This document shows, one piece after another, positions 27,640-39,094 of a stretch of DNA of 64,000 nucleotides. How positions within the stretch are numbered: position 1 is the stretch's first letter; the number at the start of each line of letters is the position of its first letter. This DNA is from Bugula neritina (lineage: Eukaryota > Animalia > Bryozoa). Where the stretch lies: assembly GCA_964035545.1 (NCBI GenBank), contig OZ037767.1, forward strand, positions 27,482,628-27,546,627, given 5' to 3'. Both the position numbers and the translations under genes were made by a program. Under the pieces are notes generated by a model. That model made no database searches. It was not told the origin of the DNA and saw only the letters and a program-made list of their open reading frames with translations.

Positions 27640-30304
27640 TTTATATTGCAGCAACAAGACTCTTAAAGCTAGTCTAGATCTTTACCAGCTCACTAAGAAT
27701 TTCATGAACACTAATGTCGTATTTTTGTATGCAAACTATAACTGAATGAAGCATATTTTATATACTTAAACATAATGGCATAACACACTTCTATACTTAT
27801 TTATATTTTCAATTAAATAAAGTTTGTGTATCTTTATAATGTGCGAGCTATATTTTTGGTATTAAACTATTACTATTGACTTTTTAGTTGATACTTGATT
27901 ATTGCTTTTAATAGCAACATAAAACATTGGCATAAACACGAAGCTTGTAATATATGAACTAGTTTGATAGCCTTGAATTAGATCCATATTGATACTCGTA
28001 CTATGATTATTTTTGGTTTAGGTACTGGATTTGATCAATTCTCAAATTAAAACAGTTATTTATATTAATTTCCTAATTATTCATATAATTATATATTTAT
28101 TACTATAGAGTATAGATCTATATTTATATTTATATTAACTAACTCTAAACATAAATAAATCAATAATATTATGAATAAAATACTAACATAGTACTAACTG
28201 CTACCAATAATTAATCAATACTATTCATTTAATTATAATTATTAATATTACTATTAGTATTAGGATAAGTTATTATATTCAACTATTTATAAATCAAAAT
28301 TTAATTATTTATACTATTCATATAAAACAAAACTATATAATACATTTTATAATCATTATTATAATGATTGCTAGATTACAGATAAACATTAGTTGCATAT
28401 TAGTATGCAACTTAATTTTATTATACCATTACGCATTTTCATTCTCATGATTATTATTTTGATTATGATACTTTTACTTTTAGCTATACTCATACTGATA
28501 CTATAATTAGCATAACTTAAGTATTACTTTCACTATTAGTATTACTATTAGTATTACTATAGCTTCAGCCTGAAAGTGAATATCAAATTTACTTTTAGTA
28601 TCAGTATGACTATGAGATTGAGTATAGCATTAGCTCCACTATCAAAATAACATTAATTAAATGATCAACATTGACAAATGATTATATTTATATTTTATAA
28701 TTATTAATTATTAGATTTAGCTGGCTCAACAATTACAAAAAATATACAATCATAAGTATTCATACAACTAAGGAAAGTGAATTCATATAGAAAGAAAATT
28801 ATTCATTTTATTCATGCTTATTTGAGTTCCCAGTTATAACAATTTTAGATGAATTAATACTGATTCGCCTTTGGCGATGCCGATTGCAAATTGAAAATTT
28901 TGGCCATTTCAATTTTGACTTTTATTTTGTAGAAGCACATACCATTACTTTTTCGAAATATTATTTACGTTACGATATCTAAAAACGCATTTTACTATTT
29001 TCATAATATTAAGTGTGTAATAGGTAGTGTTTTATCATTACATATGCGACAAATGTTAATAAAATTATGAAGTTTAGTAAACGGAAAATTTTCAACATTA
29101 CAAACCCTTTCCCGGATGTCTAACTAAATAATTAAACTTGTTTCGCTGCAAAAATAGCCAGTCGTTATAATAATCTTGCTGCACAAGAAAAGCTATCGGT
29201 AGTCTTATTTATTATCACGTCTAACCCTTAAAAAATTTTGAAACAAACTATTTTTCATGTCAAGGCTGTTTGCCTCGGTTTCACCATTTTAGAAAGAAAA
29301 AAACTATTAGTATAAGTATTAGTATTTAATGGTCTATCTAAAATTATTTATTATAGAATTATTAGCATAGGTGTACAGTATCATACGTTATTTATTTCTT
29401 AGTGTATAATGATTGACGAAATATGAATAAAGTATACAATAGCCTCATGGCTCATAGTGATAATGATCCATGTGATAATGAAGTTGAATTTCAATAAATT
29501 AAATCAATTTGAATAAATATAATGAATAATTGAATTATATTTTAATTGATTGAATATCACTATAAGTATAAATATTAAATTTAATGTAAAAGACAAAAGT
29601 AAAACAATAAATGTTTAATATTATTTTAAGTTTGACGCACATCTACTTAACCTGACGCTTGTACTCCCCTACTACTACTAGTACCACTAGTACTACTACT
29701 ACTGTAGGTACATCAAATGATAATTTTCAAGTAACGCTTTACAGTTTAATATTAGGTTAGATCGGTAGACAAGAAAATTTGAGTGAGCTTCAATGCACTC
29801 TCAAGAGGCAAGATCAACTACCAGTGCAGATATTAACTTGTAAATTTATGACGTTCAACCAGTTACCCGGTCAGTTAAATCTTCACGCCATGAATGCTTT
29901 AGCGAACCCACTTATTTTCATGCGTTTAGCAACAATAGCGTAATGGCTATCTCAAAAATCTACAAGTCTCGAGCATAGCCTTCGACTTAAATCACTATAA
30001 CTAAACAGCTAAAGCATAATATCATCATATTAATACTTCAATTGATAGAAAACCTTTAGAGATGGTATTAAAATATATTCATTTTACATATCTGTCACAA
30101 ATTATAACTTAAATTATCGATTGAAAAAAATGGATTTTTACTATACTTCAACACTACTTACTACAAGGGGCAGATGATTTCAAGGGGTTCGTGATCATAA
30201 AATCAGTTTAATATAAGGCTCTGCTACACAATGATATCTTCAAATTTTCTCTGCATGAACTATACTAAAAGTTATTAGCAAATCAAAAAGAGGTCTAAAC
30301 AGGT

Positions 30305-30385
30305 TTTCTACGCTGTATGCTCCCCAGATTGGACCCGGGCTATCGATGCCACTCGATTTTGCGAAAGTAGGCGGGGCTAAAGGAT
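30305..30385 (+). promoter_or_regulatory. GC-richer promoter-like patch upstream of SF3B4 (inverted CCAAT, DRE-like TATCGATG, GC box)
   Basis: ATTGG at 30328, TATCGATG at 30341 and GGCGGGGC at about 30370 cluster in an otherwise very AT-rich divergent intergenic region. Confidence 0.4.
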
Positions 30386-30395
30386 ACTTGATGTA

Positions 30396-30510
30396 CCTAC
30401 TACTAGTACTAGCAGTAGCAGACAGTAATAAACATGGTACTACTAGTACTACTACTACTTACTAGTACTTCTACTATTAGTAGTAGTACTAGTGCTGGTA
30501 CTAGTGGTTA
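30396..30510. repeat. Low-complexity (TAC/TAG)n repeat
   Basis: Runs of tactactagtact/agtagtag. Confidence 0.7.
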
Positions 30511-31160
30511 CACTAATATAATAAAAAGTGTATCATATTTAATAAAATAATTGAATTTGATACCAATATTTATGCACAAATTGAAATAATAATATTATAA
30601 TGATAACTATAAGTTATATATGAATATTATATTTATAAGCTTGGTAAATATTTTGATATAATTATAAAAAAATAGGTGAGATAATAAAATAATATCTAGT
30701 AACTGGAAGTTTTTCAGAAATATTTTTTCTAGGAAAATCAATAAATTGGCTTGACATATTGATATTAAATGTTAGCATGCCCATCACTTGCACTCACCAC
30801 TTACTCCAAGTGTCTGATGATATTAGTATTGATAGCAATAACTGACCCTTCAGTCACTGTTGAAGCTGGAAGGCTGGATGCTCATTCTATTTGACCTTAC
30901 AACCCATAATTTTATAGTCTAAGCATTTTAATTTCATGTTCCTATAATAAAAATATATATTCTTTCTGTTGAAACTGTTCAAAATATTGATGCTGTTCCT
31001 TTAAAAGTCTTTCCTGGTGCTGGGAGTTATGATTAAAAGCAGGAAACCTGAACTTTGAAAAGTTCATCTGTGATAATTGTACAATAATTTTTTGCAGATT
31101 AAAAGCTGGCGAACTTCAGTCAAAGTAGCACCTAGTAATTTATTAGACTAGATACTAGCC

Positions 31161-34100
31161 ATGGCTGCTGTACCAATTGCCGAGAGAAATCAAGGTAAGA
31201 CAACTCTGGTTTTATCTTTAATAGCAATAATGATTTTATGATATTCACTCAAGTTAAAATGTTTGCTGTAAATAAACTAACTAGAAACATAGTAAAATAT
31301 TGAATGCTACAAAACACTGAATTTGCCGCCAAAATATTTAGGCTCCTTTTAGAGTATAGCCTGTATGTTTTTTTAATAGTTTTATTTGCAATAATTCAGA
31401 GTTCAACTTAAAGTGGTGAGATGTTGTCATATATCTGATTCACCATTGCAGATGCCACGATATACGTGGGAGGTCTAGACGAACAGGTTTCAGAAAGTTC
31501 ATTATGGGAATTATTTCTACAGGCAGGACCTGTTGGTATGTATCCTGACTTGCATGTTGGAAATACTATGTATGCCTGTAATATAGTGAATGTACACATG
31601 CCTATACTGTGTATACTTGTTGTAATACAGTGAATGTACACATGCCTATACTGTGTATACTTGTTGTAATACAGTGAATGTACACATACCTATACTGTGT
31701 ATGCTCGTTGTAATATAGTGAATGTATACATGCCTATACTGTGTATGCTTGTTGTAATACAGTGAACGTATACATGCCTATACTGTGTATGCTTGTTGTA
31801 ATATAGTGAACGTACACATACCTATACTGTGTATACTTGTTGTAATACAGTGAATGTACACATGCCTATACTGTGTATACTTGTTGTAATACAGTGAATG
31901 TACACATACCTATACTGTGTATACTTGTTGTAATACAGTGAATGTATACATGCCTATACTGTGTATACTTGTTGTAATACAGTGAATGTATACATGCCTA
32001 TACTGTGTATGCTTGTTATAATATAGTGAACGTACACATGCCTATACTGTGTATGCTTGTTATAATATAGTGAACGTACACATGCCTATACTGTGTATAC
32101 TTGTTATAATATAGTGAATGTACACATGCCTATACTGTGTATACTTGTTGTAATACAGTGAACGTACACATGCCTATACTGTGTATGCTTGTTATAATAT
32201 AGTGAACATACACATGCCTATACTGTGTATACTTGTTGTAATACAGTGAACGTACACATGCCTATACTGTGTATGCTTGTTATAATACAGTGAATGTACA
32301 CATGCCTATACTGTGTATACTTGTTGTAATACAGTGAACGTACACATGCCTATACTGTGTATACTTGTTGTAATACAGTGAACGTACACATGCCCAAAGA
32401 CAGAGTCACAATGTCACACCAGGGTTACGGATTTGTGGAGTTTCTCGAGGAGGATGACGCAGACTATGCTATAAAAATAATGAATATGATAAAGTTATAT
32501 GGTAAACCCACAAGAGTGAATAAGGTGAGAGGATCCAGTACTACACACTGTATAGTACTACTCACTGTATTTAATAGTACTACACACTAAATACTAATAC
32601 ACACTATATAGTACTACACACTGAATAGTACTACACCATAAATAATAATACACACTAAATGATAATACACACTAAATACTAAATAGTACTACACACTAAA
32701 TACTAATACGCACTATATAGTGCTACACACTCAATAGTCAATAGTACTACGCAGTACGCACTGTATAGTAATACACACTAAATAGTACTACACACTGAAT
32801 AGTACTACACACTAAATACTAAATAGTACTACACAGTACACACTAAATACTAATACACACTATATAGTACTACACACTGAATAGTACTACACCATAAATA
32901 ATAATACACACTAAATGATAATACACACTAAATACTAAATAGTACTACACACTAAATACTAATACGCACTATATAGTGCTACACACTCAATAGTCAATAG
33001 TACTACGCACTGTATAGTAATACACACTAAATAGTACTACACACTGAATAGTACTACACACTAAATACTAAATAGTACTACACAGTACACACTAAATACT
33101 AATACACACTATATAGTACTACACACTAAACAGTACTACACACTATATAGTACCACACACTAAACAGTACTACACACTAAACAGTACCACACACTAAATA
33201 ATAATACACACTAAATAGTAATACACATATTGAAATATATGCTAAGTGTGTATCTTCCTTCTCCTGCTCTTAGTGATAGAGTAACTGTGTCCTGTAGCAT
33301 AGTCTACTTCTATACACCACTATTAACTACTCCTTTTATTAATGTGTGAACAGGCATCGTCGCATCAAAAGAACCTGGATATAGGAGCCAATATCTTCAT
33401 AGGTAACCTTGACCCAGAAGTAGATGAAAAGTTACTGTACGACACATTTAGTGCCTTTGGAGTTATTCTACAGACACCAAAGGTAAGTGTATCTAATCAG
33501 TAGATGTTACACCAAAGGTAAGTGTATCTAATCATTAGATGTTACACCAATACTCTTACATTATTAAACATGCTAGACATGTATTTACTTATTGTGAATT
33601 GTGCTTTGGTGTTTGTAGCATGATATAGTTTGTTGTAATCCGTAATGGCAATGCTATTAATCTACTTAGCATTAATAATAGCTGGTTTAAATTTAGAATT
33701 GTAGTTATCTTCCTTCTGTTGATGTAAATGCAGTTGGAATATCTTTTAAAGTAGTTAGACACAGTAATTTATGCAGAAAACATGCTTGTTTGTTGAACAT
33801 TTTAAAATGATTATACACATTGTTAAATAATTACATAAAGTAATTTGCACACATATGTTTTGTTCGTCTCACAGATGATATTATTTGTTGTAGATAATGA
33901 GAGATCCTGACTCAGGCAATTCTAAAGGGTTTGCATTTATTAACTTTGGTAGTTTTGACTCGTCAGATGCGGCGATAGAGGCTATGAATGGACAGTATTT
34001 GTGTAATAGAGCCATCACTATATCCTATGCATTTAAAAAGGAGGCGAAGGGTGAAAGGCACGGTTCAGCCGCAGGTTAGTTTAGTAGGTTATGATGTAGT

Positions 34101-37100
34101 AGTACCTGGGCTATGATATAGTATTACCTGGGCTATGATACAGTAGTACCTGGGTTATGATGTAGTAGTACCTGGGTTATGATGTAGTAGTACCTGGGTT
34201 ATGATATAATAGTACTTATAGGTGTTATTGTGGATGAGTCATCAGCTTTTATAAAGGAGAAATAATTTTGTATAAGTGTTGGAAGCTGTGTGACATAATG
34301 CAGTGGCTAAGTGAGGTTGATTGATTGTATTGTGTTCTGCTGATTCATTGGAAGTTATGCTGTTAATGTTAAAGTTGGCAGCAGGTCTGTGCTATGTTCT
34401 CAACAGTCAATGTGTGCAGTGGATGAGCAGCATTTTCTATTTATTTTGAATCTTCTGAATTTTTAGGCTTCAAGCACTATTGATGATTGCTTCCTCAATG
34501 CATGGCTGATTTGCTATAGCTTGTGTTATTTAGTTATTAATCTTTACAAGTAATTGATGTCATAAATAAATTTGAATATATTTATTTTCTAATTCTCTTA
34601 ATATTCTAATTTCCGAACTGGTGCATAAATATTTATTATGCAGACAATTATGATAATGAAGCTCTAGAAAATGATTTTTGCTTATTTTATGTGTTTGAGA
34701 ATTGTCTTCTCTATGCAGAAGTAGCTCACGGAAAAGACAATTACTAAATCATCATGCCATTACCAATATTGCTATTTATATTATTCATACTGTGGTTATG
34801 GTAGTAATAATCATGGTTGTGCATGATGTAGCACATGACAGTAGGTTAAATGTTTGGTCAATGAAGCTGGTTTCTCTCATTATATTCTAATTTCATGCTC
34901 AACCTCCACCTGTTGACTAACAGTATCAATAAATGAGCCATGAACTTGTCAAGGAGCTTGTGGGTGTTGTTAGGCAATGCTTTCTCCATTTGATTCGGAA
35001 TTACCAAATACTCTGTGTTTACCTACTTATTATAGGTTTGCTGTGCCTTTTATAGTTTATAATTCACACGGGTATTATTCCTTATTGAAAATTTTTCTAA
35101 TGCAAAAATTAGAGATCTGCGTTAAAATATATCTTGTGTCATTCCAAATTTTTATCAACAAAACTTTATAAAATTGAAAAAAATTATTTTTAAAACGATG
35201 TGGTTTTTAGCTTATTTTCTGTATGCTAAATTTATATGCAATCTCTGTAATCTGTGTGCTATAATTAGGCTCTCTTGCTACTATAAATAGGCTCTTTCCA
35301 TGTCATAAATGCTAAACTCGGCACTTTTGTAATAACTGCCATTTTATTGCAGAGCGGTTACTGGCTACCCAGAATCCTCTAGCTCAAGCCGACAGACCAC
35401 ATCAGTTGTTTGCAGATGCCCCTGCGCCCCCTACAGACGGAACCATGGGGCTACCTGGTATGCCGGGTGGTCCGCCCCCAGGTGCTCCCCCTATGAGCAT
35501 GCCACCTCCTTCGGGTCCGGGAATGCCTGTGATGCATCCTCCACCCGGTGCATTCCCACCACCTGGTCAGTGGCTCCTGTGTCTATATGTATGAGTTTAA
35601 ACCTAACTTGGTTGGTGAACACCAATTCCACTGAATTGTGTTATATTGGGCAGACAATTCCATAACTAGGGACTAGCTTTGCTTGATATCGCCATAATAA
35701 TCTTAGGATGCAGCTTTTATTGCTATCAATTCAAGTGTAATAGTTGGAATTATATAACGAAAATACCTCAAATAATTATGTAAAATATTACTGGTGCATT
35801 GATAAGATAGGCAGCATCACTATCTGCTGACTATAGGCTGTCAGAATTATACTCAGTGTAGCTCGGCCAACTGTCAGCCATACTAACCTCTCCTTGAAAG
35901 CATTTACTGGCCTTTTATTGCATTAGTCTAAACTATAACTATTTACACATATACTACCCACTAACTCTGTAATCTTTGTATATACTACGCTCTCAGTCTA
36001 TGATATAGTATACACTCTCAGTCTATGATATATTGTACACTCTCAGTCTATGATATATTATACACTCTCAGTCTACGATATAGTATACACTCCAAGTCTA
36101 TGATATATTATACAAGCTAAGCCTATAATATATATTAAATTCATTAGAGATTTCATCCAGGCACCTCTGTGCTGCATGTATTATCTCTCTGGATGTGCTG
36201 TACTTATCTTCAGTTCAAATATTTTCATCAAAAATATTTATCCCTGCAACCAGCATTGGCTGCCTTTGCCTTTGTACAAGCTGCAAATGGAATGTAGAGT
36301 TAGTGAAGTTTTATATTTCTTTCTTATTAAAAACCATGGTTTCTATTCTATCCATGAAACACTTTAATTAATGTGTGACATTTAAAAGCCTTCCCACGCA
36401 AGAATAATGCTATGGCAGAGCTGTTATTTCATTGCACAAGATGTTAGTTTTTGGCTCCGTAGTATATAGTGCTGGTAAAAATAAATATAGGTTTAGCATC
36501 GTTAATTTAGCTTGGAATCTTTCAACATTGGCCTAAGGTTCTAGAAATAGCCATGTGGATCACTTTCATCTAATTATTAAATCAAGGTGTTTGAACTATT
36601 GAGTTATATCTATTTTAACAGGCATGCGACCACCGCCACCTGGATTCCCTGCTGGTCCGCCACCACCCACACCAACTAGCTTTAATATGCCTGCACCAGG
36701 TATGTTTGTTACTCAAAGTTTCTTGTAAAACAGGTAAATCATTCATATGAACTAATAGTGTGTTCACAGGTGCTGTCTGTTGGTATTATATAATGGTGGG
36801 TTCATCTTCCAGGTGGTCCTCCGCCACCCCCAGCACCGGCTGGTGGTGACCAGAGAATGCCCCCTCCCAACTGGGCCGGTCCACCCCCTGGTATGAGACC
36901 CCCTCCAGGCTGGAGAGGTCCTCCACCACCCCCAGGGATGAGGCCTCCGCCCCCTGTACCACCCGGCATGAGACCTCCACCTCCCCCCAGTTTTGGTAAG
37001 GCATTGCTCTCAGTGATCTCTTATTACAACCTTGTTTTGTTTGACCTCATTGTATTGCTGCACTGTTGGATGTTTCCGGTATGAAATAGTGAAGTAAGTG

Positions 37101-37843
37101 TTGATGTGTCATGTTGCCCGCATGTACGCATGTGACAATGTGCTGTGTGTATTGTTACGCTGTCTGTGTGATGTTACTCATCTACTGTTATAACCCTGTA
37201 TGCTATTGTGTGTATGCTATTGTGGGAATGCCATTGTATTTGGTAACTCTATGAACTTGTATTCCGTTTTCTGTTACAGGAAATCGCGGTCCCCCTCCAC
37301 CTGGTTGGCGAGGTCCTCCACCTCCTCCAAACATGAACATGAGAGGACCCCCGCCCCCTCCTGGAGGTAAGCTCTTCACTGTTTTCCAGAGTACCCTGTG
37401 CTTTAGTTGTTCATTCAGTGCACTGCTAATGGCGTGTCTGTCAGTGTTCAATAGTCAATAATTATTAGATAGATATTATTTATAGGTTTCAATGCTGACT
37501 CAGCGATAAGCATACAACCGCAGGGTTAACACTGAACACCCACAAGTGTGGGCTAACATTCAGCTATTCTGCTGGGAGTATTATAATTTATGTTCTACTC
37601 GTATGATTCATAAGACGTGTGAATAATGTAAAGTACCAACTCTTCAGAATACCTATCTGGAACATCCTTTGTTATTTAGAAAGTATGGAAGTACATAATA
37701 GACATATTCCATTATTATGAATTTTCACAGGTATGGGACATCGACCTCCAGGTATGCCTCCGCCCCCTCCACCAAGTCTAGCCCCAGGATCAGGTCCACC
37801 ACAGCCTTCATTGGTGCCACCACCACCGCCGCCTTCTGTATAG
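31161..37843 (+). CDS. SF3B4: Splicing factor 3B subunit 4 (SAP49), 415 aa, 10 coding exons
   Basis: Exons 31161-31194 ([11 protein letters not shown]), 31452-31535 ([28 protein letters not shown]), 32379-32524 ([22 protein letters not shown]...[12 protein letters not shown]), 33354-33482 ([43 protein letters not shown]), 33894-34074 ([18 protein letters not shown]...KGERHGSAA), 35353-35565 (ERLLATQNP...RPHQLFAD), 36622-36699, 36813-36995, 37280-37366, 37731-37843 (TAG). Two RRMs plus a Pro/Gly-rich tail. Confidence 0.97.
31563..32394 (+). repeat. 44-bp tandem array (18 full copies at 31603-32394 plus 1 degenerate) whose unit spans the SF3B4 intron 2/exon 3 junction
   Basis: Unit TATACTGTGTATACTTGTTGTAATACAG|TGAAYGTACACATGCC. 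792 bp = 18 x 44. The last 16 nt of the final copy are the first 16 nt of exon 3. Confidence 0.97.
32537..33228. repeat. Complex satellite (about 17-bp TAGTACTACACACTAAA-type units) with an approximately 250-bp higher-order repeat, SF3B4 intron 3
   Basis: Higher-order blocks start at 32581, 32837 and 33086 (256 bp, 249 bp, partial). Begins about 12 bp after the donor at 32525. Confidence 0.9.
33474..33550 (+). repeat. 35-bp tandem duplication spanning the SF3B4 exon 4 splice donor
   Basis: ACACCAAAG|GTAAGTGTATCTAATCAKTAGATGTT at 33474 and 33509, plus a partial copy at 33544. Confidence 0.95.
34086..34217. repeat. 22-bp minisatellite (GGGYTATGATRTAGTAGTACCT), about 6 copies, next to the SF3B4 exon 5 donor
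   Basis: Direct reading; starts about 11 bp into the intron. Confidence 0.9.
35986..36114. repeat. 25-bp minisatellite (TACACTCTCAGTCTATGATATAKTA), 5 copies
   Basis: Units at 35986, 36011, 36036, 36061 and 36086. Confidence 0.9.
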
Positions 37844-37915
37844 ATTGTTTATCTGTTTAACATTTTTATTATGTGTAGATAACAGCACTGTATAATATTA
37901 TGTACATTTATAACC

Positions 37916-37921
37916 AATAAA
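37916..37921 (+). terminator. Poly(A) signal AATAAA of SF3B4
   Basis: First AATAAA after the stop at 37843. Confidence 0.6.
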
Positions 37922-39094
37922 TGCTCTCCAGCTGCCTTTAAATTTCTCTCATCTTTTAAAACATTAATTAATGTGAAACATTATAATTTTTAAGCAAAAT
38001 ATAGCAAATGATACTGCATGTGGTTTAGTCATGGCTACACGTACTAAACTTTTCAGTTATGAATTTTGTGATGGGATTATGTCTATGTTGAGTCACCACT
38101 ACGTTTGTTATCAGGAATATAATAGGCTTGAGTTAAAATAATTGAGCTTGACAATTAGGCAGATTATAATTTATAATTGTAAACAATAATATCATATAAC
38201 TAAATACTACTGCTTTCGACCTTATTGAGTTATAGGTTATACCTAATTAAGTTATGTTCTGCGTTGTTATACAGTGTATGCATCTAGCAATCTCACACGA
38301 AGGTATTATTAAGGTTTTTACCAAGTAAACATGATAGTTAATAAATGACACACAGGAGAATAATACACAAGCTACACTTCCACTCTATAATGACATATTT
38401 CGATATTGTCAATGATAGAATGATTTCTGTATACAAAAACTGATATGATAAGGTTTTAATATATCATTAATATTGCGTTTTGATTTCATCTAGTGCCTGA
38501 TATAATGAAATAGTAACAATTTCCCCCAAATTTAACTGTTATATAATAATATATTTAAAGTTATATGGCAAGAAGGAAAGCTCTATATGGCAGTTACTTC
38601 CATATGTTAACATAATTTTCATCTTATTCTACCCAGTAACATTTGCAAAACAGTCACCACAATAATAATCCATAGTCTATTTAATTGTGGTGGTAACAAA
38701 AAAAGAACGTAAATAAAATAAATATAATTGCAGACATTTATAGTACAATATAGAATAGGTACGCATGTATAGAAAAAAATACTTACAAATTAAAATAAAT
38801 AAACTATGTATATGTAGGCTATAATACACTCGGTATGTAATATGTATATGTACAAATCTGTATTTGAATTGAATTTCTTACTACAAACTCGTTTCAAACT
38901 TCAACATTATAAAAATATAATATTGATAACTACACTAAATTACAGCGTGTCTAATTAAGTCAAATGATTGACTGAGATAACAAGGGAAAAATATGAGCAC
39001 CACAAATGTTATGGATTAAAATGATAGCAATATAATATTATGAACAGTTTATAGCACATGTTTGTTATAAACAGGATGTAGTGTTCACTTCCTG

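Noticed and set aside
28388-28415. Short hairpins (also at about 20560, 22127, 40193 and 60385) as Helitron ends or miRNAs
   Set aside because: Stems of 7-11 bp are expected in AT-rich DNA, and supporting termini are absent.
31563-32394. CRISPR-like array
   Set aside because: Units are head-to-tail with no unique spacers, there are no cas genes, and it lies in a eukaryotic intron.
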